In this document: positions 10,324 through 20,458 of the stretch, one piece after another
Numbering within the stretch: position 1 is the first letter of the stretch
Layout of the letters: the number at the start of each line of letters is the position of its first letter
From: Clostridia bacterium
GTDB taxonomy: Bacteria; Bacillota; Clostridia; UMGS1883
Length of the DNA stretch: 64,000 nucleotides
Reading direction: 5' to 3'
Assembly (NCBI GenBank): GCA_045638945.1
Contig: JAZUCF010000002.1
Coordinates: forward strand, 84 to 64,083
Position numbers and translations under genes: made by a program
The notes under the pieces: generated by a model
What the model was told of the DNA's origin: nothing
The model's database searches: none
Seen by the model: only the letters and a program-made list of their open reading frames with translations

Positions 10324-11507
10324 TTTGAAACTGCCTTTCCCGCTATATAAGCAGTTGCCCATGCCCAATGTAAATTGTATCCTCCGCAGTCTCCCACACA
10401 GTCAAGTGCTTCTCCGATACAATAAAGACCGCGGTGTTTTTTCGATTCCAGGGTTTTGGGGTTGAATTCAGTTAAAACTGCACCGCCGCTTGTCGCCTGG
10501 GATTGTTCTTTTCCGATTACATAATCTACGGTAAAGGAAAGCTCCTTAAGCTCTTTTGCAAGGAGGAGTATTTCCTTTTTACCAAGCTTTGAAGCAGGAA
10601 GCGAAGCAGAAATACCGCATCTTCCTAAAACGTACTGCCCCAAAGCCTTGTGCAAAAATCCCGTCAGAAAATCCTCGGCTTTAAGATGAGAAAGATTATT
10701 TGTTCTTTCAATCAAAAATTCCGAAAGCTCCTCTTTTAAAAAATCGGGCATCAAATCAACCTTGATTGAGCTTTCTTTGGTGCAAAGCCTTGAAAGCTGC
10801 ATTATTGCAATTCCCGAAAGTCCGTAGTCGGTTAACTGAAGCTCGCCGTGTTCCTGCTTTACGGCAGTATTTCCGTCATAAAGTGTAACGGTGCAATGTA
10901 CACGTATTCCCTTGAGTGACTTTACATTTTCCTTAACTTTAACAGGGGAAAGAGCATAGCAGGTGGGGGAAACAGAGTGCCCCAAAGTCCTTAAAAGCTT
11001 AAAGGAATTTCCATCAGTTCCAAAGGAGGGGGAAGACATTCCGCCACAGGAAATAATAACGCTATTAAACTGCTCTCCCTTAATGTTAAAAAAGTCATCT
11101 TTTTTTGAAATGGTATCAATAAAAGCATTTGTGCGTATTTTTATGCCAAGCCTTTCACATTCAAACCTGAGGGCGTCGCTAACCGCATTTGCTCTGCGTG
11201 AATAAGGATATATTCTGCCGCTTTCAGAGCATAAAAGTATTCCGAGGCTTGCAAAAAACTGCCTTTCTTCGTTTTCGGGGAAGGCAGAAAGAATTTGCTC
11301 TACGGCATCGGGGGTATGGGAAAAATAGTTTTGAGAAGATATGCTTTCATTTGACAGATTGCATCTTCCGTTTCCCGTAGCCAAAAGCTTTTTTAAAATT
11401 CTGTCACCGCGTTCAAACACGGTGACAGAATTTTTTGCATTATTTCGTTTTGCGTAAATTGCAGCGGCAATACCGCTTGCACCGCCGCCGATTACTGCAA
11501 TTTTCAA
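10320..11507 (-). CDS. HI0933/BaiN-family FAD-binding protein
   Basis: N-terminal IGGGASGIAAA followed by GNGRCNLSN, the signature of the aminoacetone-oxidase/HI0933 family. Confidence 0.75.
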   Translation of the reverse strand: MKIAVIGGGASGIAAAIYAKRNNAKNSVTVFERGDRILKKLLATGNGRCNLSNESISSQNYFSHTPDAVEQILSAFPENEERQFFASLGILLCSESGRIYPYSRRANAVSDALRFECERLGIKIRTNAFIDTISKKDDFFNIKGEQFNSVIISCGGMSSPSFGTDGNSFKLLRTLGHSVSPTCYALSPVKVKENVKSLKGIRVHCTVTLYDGNTAVKQEHGELQLTDYGLSGIAIMQLSRLCTKESSIKVDLMPDFLKEELSEFLIERTNNLSHLKAEDFLTGFLHKALGQYVLGRCGISASLPASKLGKKEILLLAKELKELSFTVDYVIGKEQSQATSGGAVLTEFNPKTLESKKHRGLYCIGEALDCVGDCGGYNLHWAWATAYIAGKAVSK

Positions 11508-12502
11508 AGTATATCAGCCTCGCTTTTTTTGTCCCTTGTCATAAGCTCTGCCACAGCCTTGCGCGGGTCGGCATTTTCAAAAAGTACTTTGTATGCCGCA
11601 CTTATAATGGGCATTTCGATGTCGTGCTTTTTAGCAAGCTTGTAGGCAGCCTCCGTAGCGCATACGCCCTCAACAGTCATATGAACCTCATTGAGTGCTT
11701 CCGAAAGTGTCTTGCCCTGACCGATAAGGATACCTGCACGGCGGTTACGGCTGTGCATGGAGGTGCATGTTACAATAAGGTCACCTATACCTGCCAGCCC
11801 TGCAAAGGTTTCCTTTTTTGCACCCAAAGCTACACCCAGACGTGTTATTTCGTGAATACCGCGTGTCATAAGTGCGGCTTTCGTGTTGTCTCCGTAGCCG
11901 AGCCCGTCCGTAATACCTGCACAAAGGGCAATAATATTCTTCAGTGCACCGCCAAATTCCACACCTGCAACATCATCGTTTGTGTAAACGCGGAAGGTGG
12001 GGGACATGAATACATCCTGAAGCTTTTGTGCCATCTCCTTATCCTTGCAGGCAATAACATTTGTTGTAGGAATACCGCGAGCAACTTCTTCTGCGTGAGA
12101 AGGACCGCTGAGGACAGCAATCATAGAGGAGGGCATCTCATGTTCAAAGGTTTCACTTAGGCGGCAAAGCCTTTCCTCGTCAATACCCTTTGAAATGTTT
12201 ACAAGGGTTTTTCCGTCGGCTACCTTTCCTAATGAACGTGCCGTAGCAGGGACAGCCTTTGAAGGAACGGCTGAAACGATAATTTCACCAAAAGATGCCG
12301 CTTCCTCAATATCGCTTGTAAATGTAATGTTATAATCCCCAAAGCTTACGCCCGGGAGGAATTCTTTGTTTTCACGATCCTTAAGAAGTCTTTCGCTTTC
12401 TTCTTTTTTGTAAGACCACAGGCAAACATCGTGTCCGTTTGAACACAGGAGAAGTGCAATTGCCGTTCCCCAGCCGCCGCTTCCTATAACTGAAATTTTC
12501 AT
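11504..12502 (-). CDS. gpsA: NAD(P)H-dependent glycerol-3-phosphate dehydrogenase
   Basis: IGSGGWGTAIA Rossmann motif, full-length GpsA similarity, and plsY-gpsA synteny. Confidence 0.95.
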   Translation of the reverse strand: MKISVIGSGGWGTAIALLLCSNGHDVCLWSYKKEESERLLKDRENKEFLPGVSFGDYNITFTSDIEEAASFGEIIVSAVPSKAVPATARSLGKVADGKTLVNISKGIDEERLCRLSETFEHEMPSSMIAVLSGPSHAEEVARGIPTTNVIACKDKEMAQKLQDVFMSPTFRVYTNDDVAGVEFGGALKNIIALCAGITDGLGYGDNTKAALMTRGIHEITRLGVALGAKKETFAGLAGIGDLIVTCTSMHSRNRRAGILIGQGKTLSEALNEVHMTVEGVCATEAAYKLAKKHDIEMPIISAAYKVLFENADPRKAVAELMTRDKKSEADIL

Positions 12503-12506
12503 ATGA

Positions 12507-13106
12507 TTAGTCCTTTCTTTTCTGACCGAGTTTGCTTTCTGTACCTTTTATCAGTCTTTTTATGTTTGAGCGATGCCTATATATACATAAAGAGCCTATA
12601 ATTAAGCAGAAAATCGAAAATACGTCTACCTTAAATAATATAAATGCCCCAGCCATTGCCGCTAACGCCGCGAGAATGGATGAAAGAGAAACATATTTTG
12701 TAGTAAGTACAACAATTATAAACGTTGCCATGGCGATAAGTGCGGTAGGGTAGTGCAAAACGAGAAGCACCGCAAGGCTTGTCGCAACGCCTTTACCGCC
12801 CTTAAATCCGTAATAAAACGGAAAATTATGCCCGAGTACCGCACCGAGAGCGGAAGCACAGTCATAAAGCATATCATCAAAGAATATGCGTGTAATCATC
12901 ACGGCAATAACGCCCTTTAAAATGTCAAGCAGAAATACAATTGCCGCCGCACCCTTTCCATAGGTACGCAGTACATTGGTAGCCCCTGCATTTCCGCTTC
13001 CGTGGTTTCGGATATCATCACCCTTTAATTTTGAATATATGATTGCAAAATTCAGCGACCCGAAAAGATAACCGAATATTAAGCATAGTATAATTTTAAG
13101 TGCCAA
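12507..13106 (-). CDS. plsY: glycerol-3-phosphate acyltransferase PlsY
   Basis: 199-aa polytopic protein with GSGNAGATN and FKGGKGVAT motifs. Confidence 0.95.
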   Translation of the reverse strand: MALKIILCLIFGYLFGSLNFAIIYSKLKGDDIRNHGSGNAGATNVLRTYGKGAAAIVFLLDILKGVIAVMITRIFFDDMLYDCASALGAVLGHNFPFYYGFKGGKGVATSLAVLLVLHYPTALIAMATFIIVVLTTKYVSLSSILAALAAMAGAFILFKVDVFSIFCLIIGSLCIYRHRSNIKRLIKGTESKLGQKRKD

Positions 13107-13128
13107 AGTTAATCAAATCCTTTCGAAC

Positions 13129-14454
13129 TTAATTTGTTTCTTTGCTTCTCTCGCGAACTATAAATTTCAGCGGAGTAGCCTTTAGATTGAACGCATCACG
13201 GATGCAGTTTTCAATATAGCGGATATAGCTGAAATGTGCCAGCTCGTGGTCGTTTACAAAGATAACAAACGTGGGTGGCTTTACACTTACCTGCGTCATA
13301 TAATAAAGCTTTAAACGCTTCCCTTTATCACTGGGGGGCTGAACACGCATTGTAGCTTCTGCAAGGCAGTCGTTAAGTACACCTGTCTGAAGACGCATGG
13401 AGTTCTGATTTGTCACATATGTCACCATTTCAAAAATGTTGTTAAGCCTCTGTCCCGTCTGTGCCGAAATAAAGAGAATGGGAGCATAGGTCATAAAGCT
13501 TAATTTTTCATGGATTTCCTTTGTAAACTCATTTACACTGCTGTTATCCTTTTCCACCAAATCCCATTTATTTACGCAGATAATAGAAGCCTTACCCTCG
13601 TCATGGGCATAGCCTGCAATTTTGGCGTCCTGCTCGGAAATGCCCTCTGTCGCATCAATCATGATAAGGCATACATCACAACGTTCAACGGCACTGTAGG
13701 AACGGATAACACTGTAGCGTTCAAGGCTGTCTGTAACCTTTGCCTTACGGCGGATTCCTGCCGTGTCAATAAGTGTGTATTTTTCCCCATTATGCTCATA
13801 GAGCGTGTCAATACTGTCACGGGTTGTTCCTGCAATGTTAGACACAATCACACGGTTTTCACCAAGGAGCTTATTTACAAGCGAGCTTTTACCTGCGTTG
13901 GGCTTACCCACAATTGCAATCTTGATAGTATCGTCCTCTTCCTCTTCTTCTGCGGTGGGGAAGTGCTTCATACATTCGTCAAGAACATCACCAACGCCCA
14001 TTTTGTGAAGTGAAGAAATTGCAATGGGGTCACCAAGTCCCAGATTGTAAAATTCATAGAAATCAAGCGGAGGCTCACCGGGGGTATCGACCTTGTTTAC
14101 AACAAGCACAATCGGCTTTCCCGATTTTTGCAGCATTGTGCAAACCTCCTGATCTGCAGCTGTCATTCCGTCGCGGATATCCGTCATAAAAATTATAACG
14201 TGTGCCATATCAATTGCAAGCTCCGCCTGCATTCGCATCTGCTCTAAGATAATATCCTTGGAATATGGCTCAATACCGCCTGTGTCAATCATTGTAAAGG
14301 CCTTTCCGCACCATTCGCCGTCTGCAAATATGCGGTCACGGGTAACACCGGGCGTATCCTCAACAATAGATATGCGTTTACCTGCTATTTTATTAAACAA
14401 TGTGGATTTTCCCACATTCGGTCTGCCAACTATGGCAATAATGGGCTTTGACAT
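13129..14454 (-). CDS. der: ribosome-biogenesis GTPase Der (EngA)
   Basis: Tandem G domains (GRPNVGKST and GKPNAGKSS) plus a KH-like C-terminus. Confidence 0.95.
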   Translation of the reverse strand: MSKPIIAIVGRPNVGKSTLFNKIAGKRISIVEDTPGVTRDRIFADGEWCGKAFTMIDTGGIEPYSKDIILEQMRMQAELAIDMAHVIIFMTDIRDGMTAADQEVCTMLQKSGKPIVLVVNKVDTPGEPPLDFYEFYNLGLGDPIAISSLHKMGVGDVLDECMKHFPTAEEEEEDDTIKIAIVGKPNAGKSSLVNKLLGENRVIVSNIAGTTRDSIDTLYEHNGEKYTLIDTAGIRRKAKVTDSLERYSVIRSYSAVERCDVCLIMIDATEGISEQDAKIAGYAHDEGKASIICVNKWDLVEKDNSSVNEFTKEIHEKLSFMTYAPILFISAQTGQRLNNIFEMVTYVTNQNSMRLQTGVLNDCLAEATMRVQPPSDKGKRLKLYYMTQVSVKPPTFVIFVNDHELAHFSYIRYIENCIRDAFNLKATPLKFIVRERSKETN

Positions 14455-14521
14455 TTCTTTATGCCCCTTTCTTTTTACAGTATAGAAAATTGAGTGTTTT
14501 TATCACGTGAAGCGGCATGCT

Positions 14522-16171
14522 TCAAAAAGTTTTATTCAAGTCTACTTCCACAAGTGTATTTCCGTCAAACAGTGTGTAAAGCATTATTCCGTCATGAATA
14601 AACAGGTCAAACATATGGTCGCTTGAACGGAAAAAGTACGCAGGGTTATTAAATACACAAGTGCGGATATCACTTTTACCGTCTGTATCACCATAGGAGC
14701 TTGTTACAAGCATCCCGTCAAGTATTTGTGACGTTGTTGAAAGAGGTGTTTCGAAAATATGCGCTCCGGCATTGCTTCCGATGCCGTAATTGAGATACAT
14801 TTCGACAACCGTTTTTTCATTGTCCTTTGTGTGAAGGTAGAGTGCACCCTGATAGCATACACCGCGCTCGAGAGGGAGTGAACTTTCGTTAATCACGATT
14901 GTTTTACCGCTTGCACCTGAGTAGCGGTACATCTTGCCGTCCTGCGAATACACTATCATTTCGCTGTTTGATTTTGTGTCGTTGTCCCAGCCTGTGAAAG
15001 CAAGGAAACTTAATACATTTTCAATCATCGGAGTGAGTGTTTCTGTGTCAAGATTGTAGCAGTATAAAGAACTGTTTTTTTTGTCAGTCGTATTATATCC
15101 CGTCAGATAAATGTTATTTCCGATTATTTGAATATCGTTATACTCGTGACCTTCTCTGCCTTGCCAACTGTCAAAAGAAGGATGCTTCTTTTCAGCGAAA
15201 ACCGTGTTTTCAGCAAGGATTTCTGAATATTCCTCACCGCCGTCTTTATAATAAATAACTCTTGAAGCACCGGGACCGCCGCCACGGAAAACCTTTACCG
15301 TGTAGCCGTCAAGGTCATAAACCTTTTCGGTGCCACCAACAAATCCGTGAGAATAGTCACCTTCAAGCGAGTTTTCTATAGTACCGTCAGGATTTATTTT
15401 GTAGCGGTAATTCGTACCCATTGTAGCTCCCGTACGGAAAGAGCAATACATACCGCTGTCCTGCATGGAAAATGTCACAGTATTGTTTCCGCCTAAGGTA
15501 TATCCGTTAGGTGCGGTAGTATGGATAAGCTCATTTGCCAAAGGATTGTCTACAGGTGTGCGATAAAGTTTTCTGTCATTTCCCGTGTAGTAGTAATACG
15601 TGCCGTCTGTTGCCGCATTAGGTTTAATCTGAGTTCTTAAATCGGGAAGAAGAAGCTCCTTGCAGATATAATTATCGGCATTTATTATAAGCTCGTTTTT
15701 GTCATTATAATTGTATTCCCAACCGAATTCATCAACGGCAAAACGCCATGTCAGCGGAAAATATGTCACATCACGGAATGTAATAAGCGGATATTCCTCT
15801 TTTTTGTTATTAATTTCTTTACCGTTTACAAGAATATTGAAATTACAAATGGAAATTTCATTTAATCTGCCATTTTCCCACTCCCATATATAGTTGCGGT
15901 ATGCACCTGAAATATTCTCTTTCGTAATTTCAAGAGTGTTTGTATTGCTGTCCCATTTAGTTGAAATACCTAAAAAACGGCAATCGTAATACGTCATCGG
16001 GAAGTATACTATATCCTTGTATTGAAGCAGAGGATATTGTCTGCAAGAGTTAACCACCCAATGCCCGTTAAGCATAACGTTGCACGCGGGGAGAGCTGCA
16101 ACCTCTTTTGCATAGGCATTTGATGCTATAGAAAGAATAAAAATTGAAAATAAAACTGCAAGCTTTTTCAT
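14522..16171 (-). CDS. secreted protein: two stalk-like YPLL..TYFP(L/M)T(W/Y) modules plus a beta-propeller-like (DUF5050-like) C-terminus (array member P1)
   Basis: Signal peptide MKKLAVLFSIFILSIASNAYA. Modules YPLLQYKDIVYFPMTYYDCRFLG and YPLITFRDVTYFPLTWRFAVDEFGWEY. C-terminus contains YYYYTGNDRKLYRTP-type repeats. Confidence 0.6.
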   Translation of the reverse strand: MKKLAVLFSIFILSIASNAYAKEVAALPACNVMLNGHWVVNSCRQYPLLQYKDIVYFPMTYYDCRFLGISTKWDSNTNTLEITKENISGAYRNYIWEWENGRLNEISICNFNILVNGKEINNKKEEYPLITFRDVTYFPLTWRFAVDEFGWEYNYNDKNELIINADNYICKELLLPDLRTQIKPNAATDGTYYYYTGNDRKLYRTPVDNPLANELIHTTAPNGYTLGGNNTVTFSMQDSGMYCSFRTGATMGTNYRYKINPDGTIENSLEGDYSHGFVGGTEKVYDLDGYTVKVFRGGGPGASRVIYYKDGGEEYSEILAENTVFAEKKHPSFDSWQGREGHEYNDIQIIGNNIYLTGYNTTDKKNSSLYCYNLDTETLTPMIENVLSFLAFTGWDNDTKSNSEMIVYSQDGKMYRYSGASGKTIVINESSLPLERGVCYQGALYLHTKDNEKTVVEMYLNYGIGSNAGAHIFETPLSTTSQILDGMLVTSSYGDTDGKSDIRTCVFNNPAYFFRSSDHMFDLFIHDGIMLYTLFDGNTLVEVDLNKTF

Positions 16172-16183
16172 ATTTATGCCCCC

Positions 16184-17962
16184 TTACTTAATGATGCCGA
16201 TAAGCTCGTCCGTATTGTCTGCTTTTTCTAAAAATTCAAGAGAAACTATATCAAAGCCGTTATTTTCAATATGCGACAATGTTTCATCTATCATAGAAAC
16301 AATGCTTGTTTCGTCGTTTGTGTCCTCATTTACATCAAAAAGCATAACGCCACCTGCTTTTTTTGCAGCGAGAATTGTTTTCTTGCAAAGTGTGGGAAGT
16401 CCGTTGTAGTGCGATGCCTTACCGTCAACTTCTGCAAAATCGGTATAGGCAAAGGCTTTATCCTTTTCTACAAGGTGTCTGTACTGCATAAATGTCGGTC
16501 TGGCGTAAAGCGGCATACCTAAAACAATTTTATCTGCACTGACTCCTCTATGAAGCCAGTAATCTATAGACGTATTTGCAAACCAGAACGGACTGTGCTG
16601 CTCGTTATTCATATCGTAGCTCATCACGCTTATAAATTCAAATGCATCAAGGCACGCATCGCATACATACTTTGAAACCTCAGGCCCCTCGGTCTGTGAC
16701 CAAGCCCCGTTTAATGCCGCAGTAAGGTGCTTATCAAGCTTTTCTAATTCTGCTGAAAGCTCAAGAATAAGTGCCTCATAATTTTTTGCAGATCCACTGT
16801 TTGGGTATTCCCAGTCAAGCTCCACTCCGTCAAAGTTGTAATCCTCTACTACGCTTATTATGCTTTCGACAAGCTTTTTGCGTGTTTCGGGCGTTTTTGC
16901 CGCTTCTTCAAAGGTACTCTGCAGCGGTACATCGTTATATGACCAACCGCCCACTGCAATATAAACCTTGCAGTTATCGTTATGTGCCTTTTCTATAAGC
17001 TGACGTGCATTTTCTTCTTCTGCGAGGGGGAGAACACTTCCGTCCTTCTGCGGAATCAAAAACGCATACATAATATGTGTCAGCTTGTCCGTCTGCAATT
17101 TTTCAAGCGGCTCATCAAATAAATCGTATGAATAATAACCAACAGTGCGGAAATTATCAAGGTTTTCCTTTTTATCGTTTTCCTGCGCAGAATTTATTAC
17201 AAGACCATTTTCGCTGTCAAATGTATAGTTCCAGCCAAATTCATTTATTATGAAATCCCACGTAAGGGGGAAATATGTCACGTTTCTGAAATTTAAAAGG
17301 GGATATTCCTCACTGTCATTTTCAATTTTTTTGCCGTTTACAAATATATCGTACTTTGGAAGAACGGCATACAAGCTGTGCTCGTTTGTGTTATCAGCCT
17401 TTTCATATTCGATAGGCTCGGCAGTGGCGTTTGCCTTTTCTACCCGAAGTCCCGTTTCGTCATTCCAGTCTGTGGTAACACCAAGCATTCTGCAATAGTG
17501 CCACGTCATAGGAAAGTACGTTATATCATTATACGAAATCACAGGATAGAGTGAATTTTTGAAGTCTATGTTTGTTCCGTTAATTACAAAGGGATAGTCA
17601 GGCACCAAAACCTTTTTCCTGCCAGTATTATCCCAAGGGCCGCCGATGATTGTGGGATTACTTTTTATCTGTCCGCTGATATAGTCGGAAATCTGCTCAT
17701 CAGTCCAGCCGTAAGCCTGCACCACTTGAATGCTGCTTTCTATTCGTGAACTATAGGGGAAGGGGTAACCCTCGGGAAGAACTTCCGCCCCCTCAAATAT
17801 TGAAAAATCCACATTATGCTTGCGCATAAACTCTACTGCTTTGTCGCTTAATTGGTACATCTCTATGATTTTTTCTTCATAGGATGTATCTGCAAATGCA
17901 CTAATGCTTAAAAGCATAAGCATACACATAAATGCCGCAAAAATTCTTGTTGTCTTTTTCAT
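16184..17962 (-). CDS. secreted protein: two stalk-like modules plus a GH18 (chitinase-like) domain (P2)
   Basis: Signal peptide. Modules YPVISYNDITYFPMTWHYCRMLG and YPLLNFRNVTYFPLTWDFIINEFGWNY. GH18 motifs THIMYAF and FDGVELDWEYP. Confidence 0.7.
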   Translation of the reverse strand: MKKTTRIFAAFMCMLMLLSISAFADTSYEEKIIEMYQLSDKAVEFMRKHNVDFSIFEGAEVLPEGYPFPYSSRIESSIQVVQAYGWTDEQISDYISGQIKSNPTIIGGPWDNTGRKKVLVPDYPFVINGTNIDFKNSLYPVISYNDITYFPMTWHYCRMLGVTTDWNDETGLRVEKANATAEPIEYEKADNTNEHSLYAVLPKYDIFVNGKKIENDSEEYPLLNFRNVTYFPLTWDFIINEFGWNYTFDSENGLVINSAQENDKKENLDNFRTVGYYSYDLFDEPLEKLQTDKLTHIMYAFLIPQKDGSVLPLAEEENARQLIEKAHNDNCKVYIAVGGWSYNDVPLQSTFEEAAKTPETRKKLVESIISVVEDYNFDGVELDWEYPNSGSAKNYEALILELSAELEKLDKHLTAALNGAWSQTEGPEVSKYVCDACLDAFEFISVMSYDMNNEQHSPFWFANTSIDYWLHRGVSADKIVLGMPLYARPTFMQYRHLVEKDKAFAYTDFAEVDGKASHYNGLPTLCKKTILAAKKAGGVMLFDVNEDTNDETSIVSMIDETLSHIENNGFDIVSLEFLEKADNTDELIGIIK

Positions 17963-17986
17963 AAAGAGTACCTCCTTGTTTAGCTA

Positions 17987-19321
17987 TTATTTAACTAATT
18001 TGATTTTTGAATTTATAAAAACACCTTTCGGGTCTTTAAGAACTACCGTCTTTCCGTCTGCAACATACTCCACCGTGTCGGGAATAATCAGAGAAATTTC
18101 ATATTCCCCCTCCGGTACGTAGTTTCCGTTTGCATCTCTGAAGTCCCATTTTGGTAAGCTAAAATGCAGCTTTGTTATTGTGCTTGTGGGTACAGGGACA
18201 ATGAGGCTTCCCCCCGGAAACTGCGGAACATCATAGGTTAATATAATTTCATTCCTGCCTCCGTCAATACGCTTAATAATATATTGCATAGGAATAGATT
18301 TAAGCTCTATATCACAATCTTCGATGTTTATTATGGTTACACTATCTGACACATAATCTGTTCCTGACATACTTATAGAGGTAATTCCCAATTCATCATC
18401 CTCTGTTACAGTTCTCCGCCAAGAGGGAAGAGTGTTCCCTTTATTTATGCAGCCTGTTCTTGTATCAAGCATCATTGTGGTTGCTGCATGAAGAAATGTC
18501 CAGAAATCCCGTGTTACAGGAGCGGTAAACTTATTTATTTTATAAGTCTTAAAAAATCGAACATCACCTTGCTTTATGGGGTGAGCAAGCTCCTTTTCTA
18601 TAATAAATTCCCCCATATTTAAGCCCAACAAAGCTTTTCCTGCCATTTCGTGGTTATAGCGAATTAGACCAATCCAGTCTGTCGCATCATAGCCATCGCT
18701 GTCAATGTATTTTTTTCTTTCTAAAATGTAGCAGGTTGTGCTGCCGTCCTCACTGATATATATATCTTTTTCTGCTCTTATCTCTGTATTCTTTTCGGAA
18801 GTATCGATATGTACTCCGTTTGCTTTATCAAAAGTATATTGCCAGCCGAAATTTTCAACAATATTTTCCCAGGTAAGAGGAATATATACTATATCATTGT
18901 ATCTTAGAAGAGGATATTTTTCTGTTCCTTTGATGAAATCCAGATATTTTCCATTGCAAATGGCAACAGTACAATCGTCAACGGTTGCTTGTACAGCATG
19001 GCTTTCTGTTTTGTACTCGCTTGTGTTATCACCTGTAATACTTTGACTATTTTCTTTTTCTGTAAGCAAAAGCACATTCTGCTCATAACCATTTACCCAT
19101 TCAATAGCTTTTCCTGTACATTCACCGATGCCATATGTCATTGGTATATAAACAACATTATTATAAAACAAGGCAGGATAAGCACTGTTTTCAGTATAGC
19201 TGCTTTCATTTATCTGTACCCTAAAAGGCGATGTATAGGCAACTACATCTTTTTCGGAAGCCGCAGCAGTAACAGAAAAACCAAAAAGTAACAGTCTTAT
19301 GATAAACAATACTCGCTTCAT
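17987..19321 (-). CDS. secreted protein: two stalk-like modules plus an unassigned ~230-aa C-terminus (P3)
   Basis: Start trimmed to MKRVLFII (GGGAGG 8 nt upstream). The track start at 19399 would overlap the upstream gene. Modules YPALFYNNVVYIPMTYG and YPLLRYNDIVYIPLTWENIVENFGWQY. Confidence 0.6.
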   Translation of the reverse strand: MKRVLFIIRLLLFGFSVTAAASEKDVVAYTSPFRVQINESSYTENSAYPALFYNNVVYIPMTYGIGECTGKAIEWVNGYEQNVLLLTEKENSQSITGDNTSEYKTESHAVQATVDDCTVAICNGKYLDFIKGTEKYPLLRYNDIVYIPLTWENIVENFGWQYTFDKANGVHIDTSEKNTEIRAEKDIYISEDGSTTCYILERKKYIDSDGYDATDWIGLIRYNHEMAGKALLGLNMGEFIIEKELAHPIKQGDVRFFKTYKINKFTAPVTRDFWTFLHAATTMMLDTRTGCINKGNTLPSWRRTVTEDDELGITSISMSGTDYVSDSVTIINIEDCDIELKSIPMQYIIKRIDGGRNEIILTYDVPQFPGGSLIVPVPTSTITKLHFSLPKWDFRDANGNYVPEGEYEISLIIPDTVEYVADGKTVVLKDPKGVFINSKIKLVK

Positions 19322-19343
19322 ATCCATAGCCTCCCTTACTTTT

Positions 19344-20441
19344 TTAGTTTGTCTTAAATACCATACAGCCTCTGTCAGAATTTTCAATTTTTTCTGCACC
19401 GATAAAGCTGTATTTGATGCCGAGAGCCTCCATTCCCGTCTGCCAAAGAACGGGCATATATACTACATTTTTGTAATGAATCAGCGGATATGCTGTGTCT
19501 CCGTATTCATAGGTAGTACCGTTGATTGTAAGCTTTCCCTTATAAATGTCTGCTTTTTCATACACTCTCTCCGTCATACCATTGTCACCGACAATATCCT
19601 CCGATATTTCTCCGCCGCCTGAAAGAACAACACCCGTTTCCTCTGTCCAGTCGCAGTTAATGCCGAGCATTCTGCAACCGTAATAGGTGAGGGGAATGTA
19701 GCTGTAGCCAAGATAATTTATAAAGGGATATTCTATGTCGGAATTTTTGTATCTTCTTCCGTTTAATTCTACAAGATTTTCGCTCAGAAGAACCTCTATG
19801 GGATAGTGCCACCATGAATCGTAAGGCTTGCCTGTGGCATAGCCGAATTTGAAAGGCTCTACAATATTACCGTTCTTATCAATTTTTCCGGATTTTGTCA
19901 TTGTGTTATAGTTATAAACAGGCTCGTTTATTCCAACCTCTGCAATGCCGTTTTTGAATGGGGAGGCACTGTCGTAAATAAAGTCTATAACCTCGTTTCC
20001 GTCACGGTCTATATAGCCCCACACGATATATTTTTCGGGATGGCTTTTTCCAACCTGAACAAGTCCTTCGGAAAAATAAAGCTGTGACGGGTATCGGTTG
20101 TTCTTATATTTTGGCTCAATAACAATATTCCAGTTTTCATCGAAAAAGCCTATATTAGATTCATTTGTGGTAAAAGCTGCTCTGCCCTCGGACGGGGGAA
20201 GAATTTCCTGATATTTTTGCTCAACGATAACGTTGCCGTCTTTATCAATTACACCGTAGTCTGTATAGCTGTATACAGGACCTGTACCATAGTCACGAGG
20301 CGGTGCAACACGGACTCTACGTGTGACTATCTTATATTCGCCCAAATCGTGAAGCACATAGCATAAGTCATTTTCCTCTGCGAAGGCAAGGGTTTGAAAA
20401 ATCAAAACAAAGCTTAAAACCAAACCTAAAATTTTCTTCAT
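19344..20441 (-). CDS. secreted WG-repeat protein with two C-terminal stalk-like modules (P4)
   Basis: Start trimmed to MKKILGL (AAGGAGG 8 nt upstream). WG-type repeats include YGVIDKDGNVIVEQKY, WGYIDRDGNEVIDFIY and GKIDKNGNIVEPFKF. Modules YPFINYLGYSYIPLTYYGCRMLG and YPLIHYKNVVYMPVLW. Confidence 0.6.
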   Translation of the reverse strand: MKKILGLVLSFVLIFQTLAFAEENDLCYVLHDLGEYKIVTRRVRVAPPRDYGTGPVYSYTDYGVIDKDGNVIVEQKYQEILPPSEGRAAFTTNESNIGFFDENWNIVIEPKYKNNRYPSQLYFSEGLVQVGKSHPEKYIVWGYIDRDGNEVIDFIYDSASPFKNGIAEVGINEPVYNYNTMTKSGKIDKNGNIVEPFKFGYATGKPYDSWWHYPIEVLLSENLVELNGRRYKNSDIEYPFINYLGYSYIPLTYYGCRMLGINCDWTEETGVVLSGGGEISEDIVGDNGMTERVYEKADIYKGKLTINGTTYEYGDTAYPLIHYKNVVYMPVLWQTGMEALGIKYSFIGAEKIENSDRGCMVFKTN

Positions 20442-20458
20442 AAACCGCACCTCCTTGA

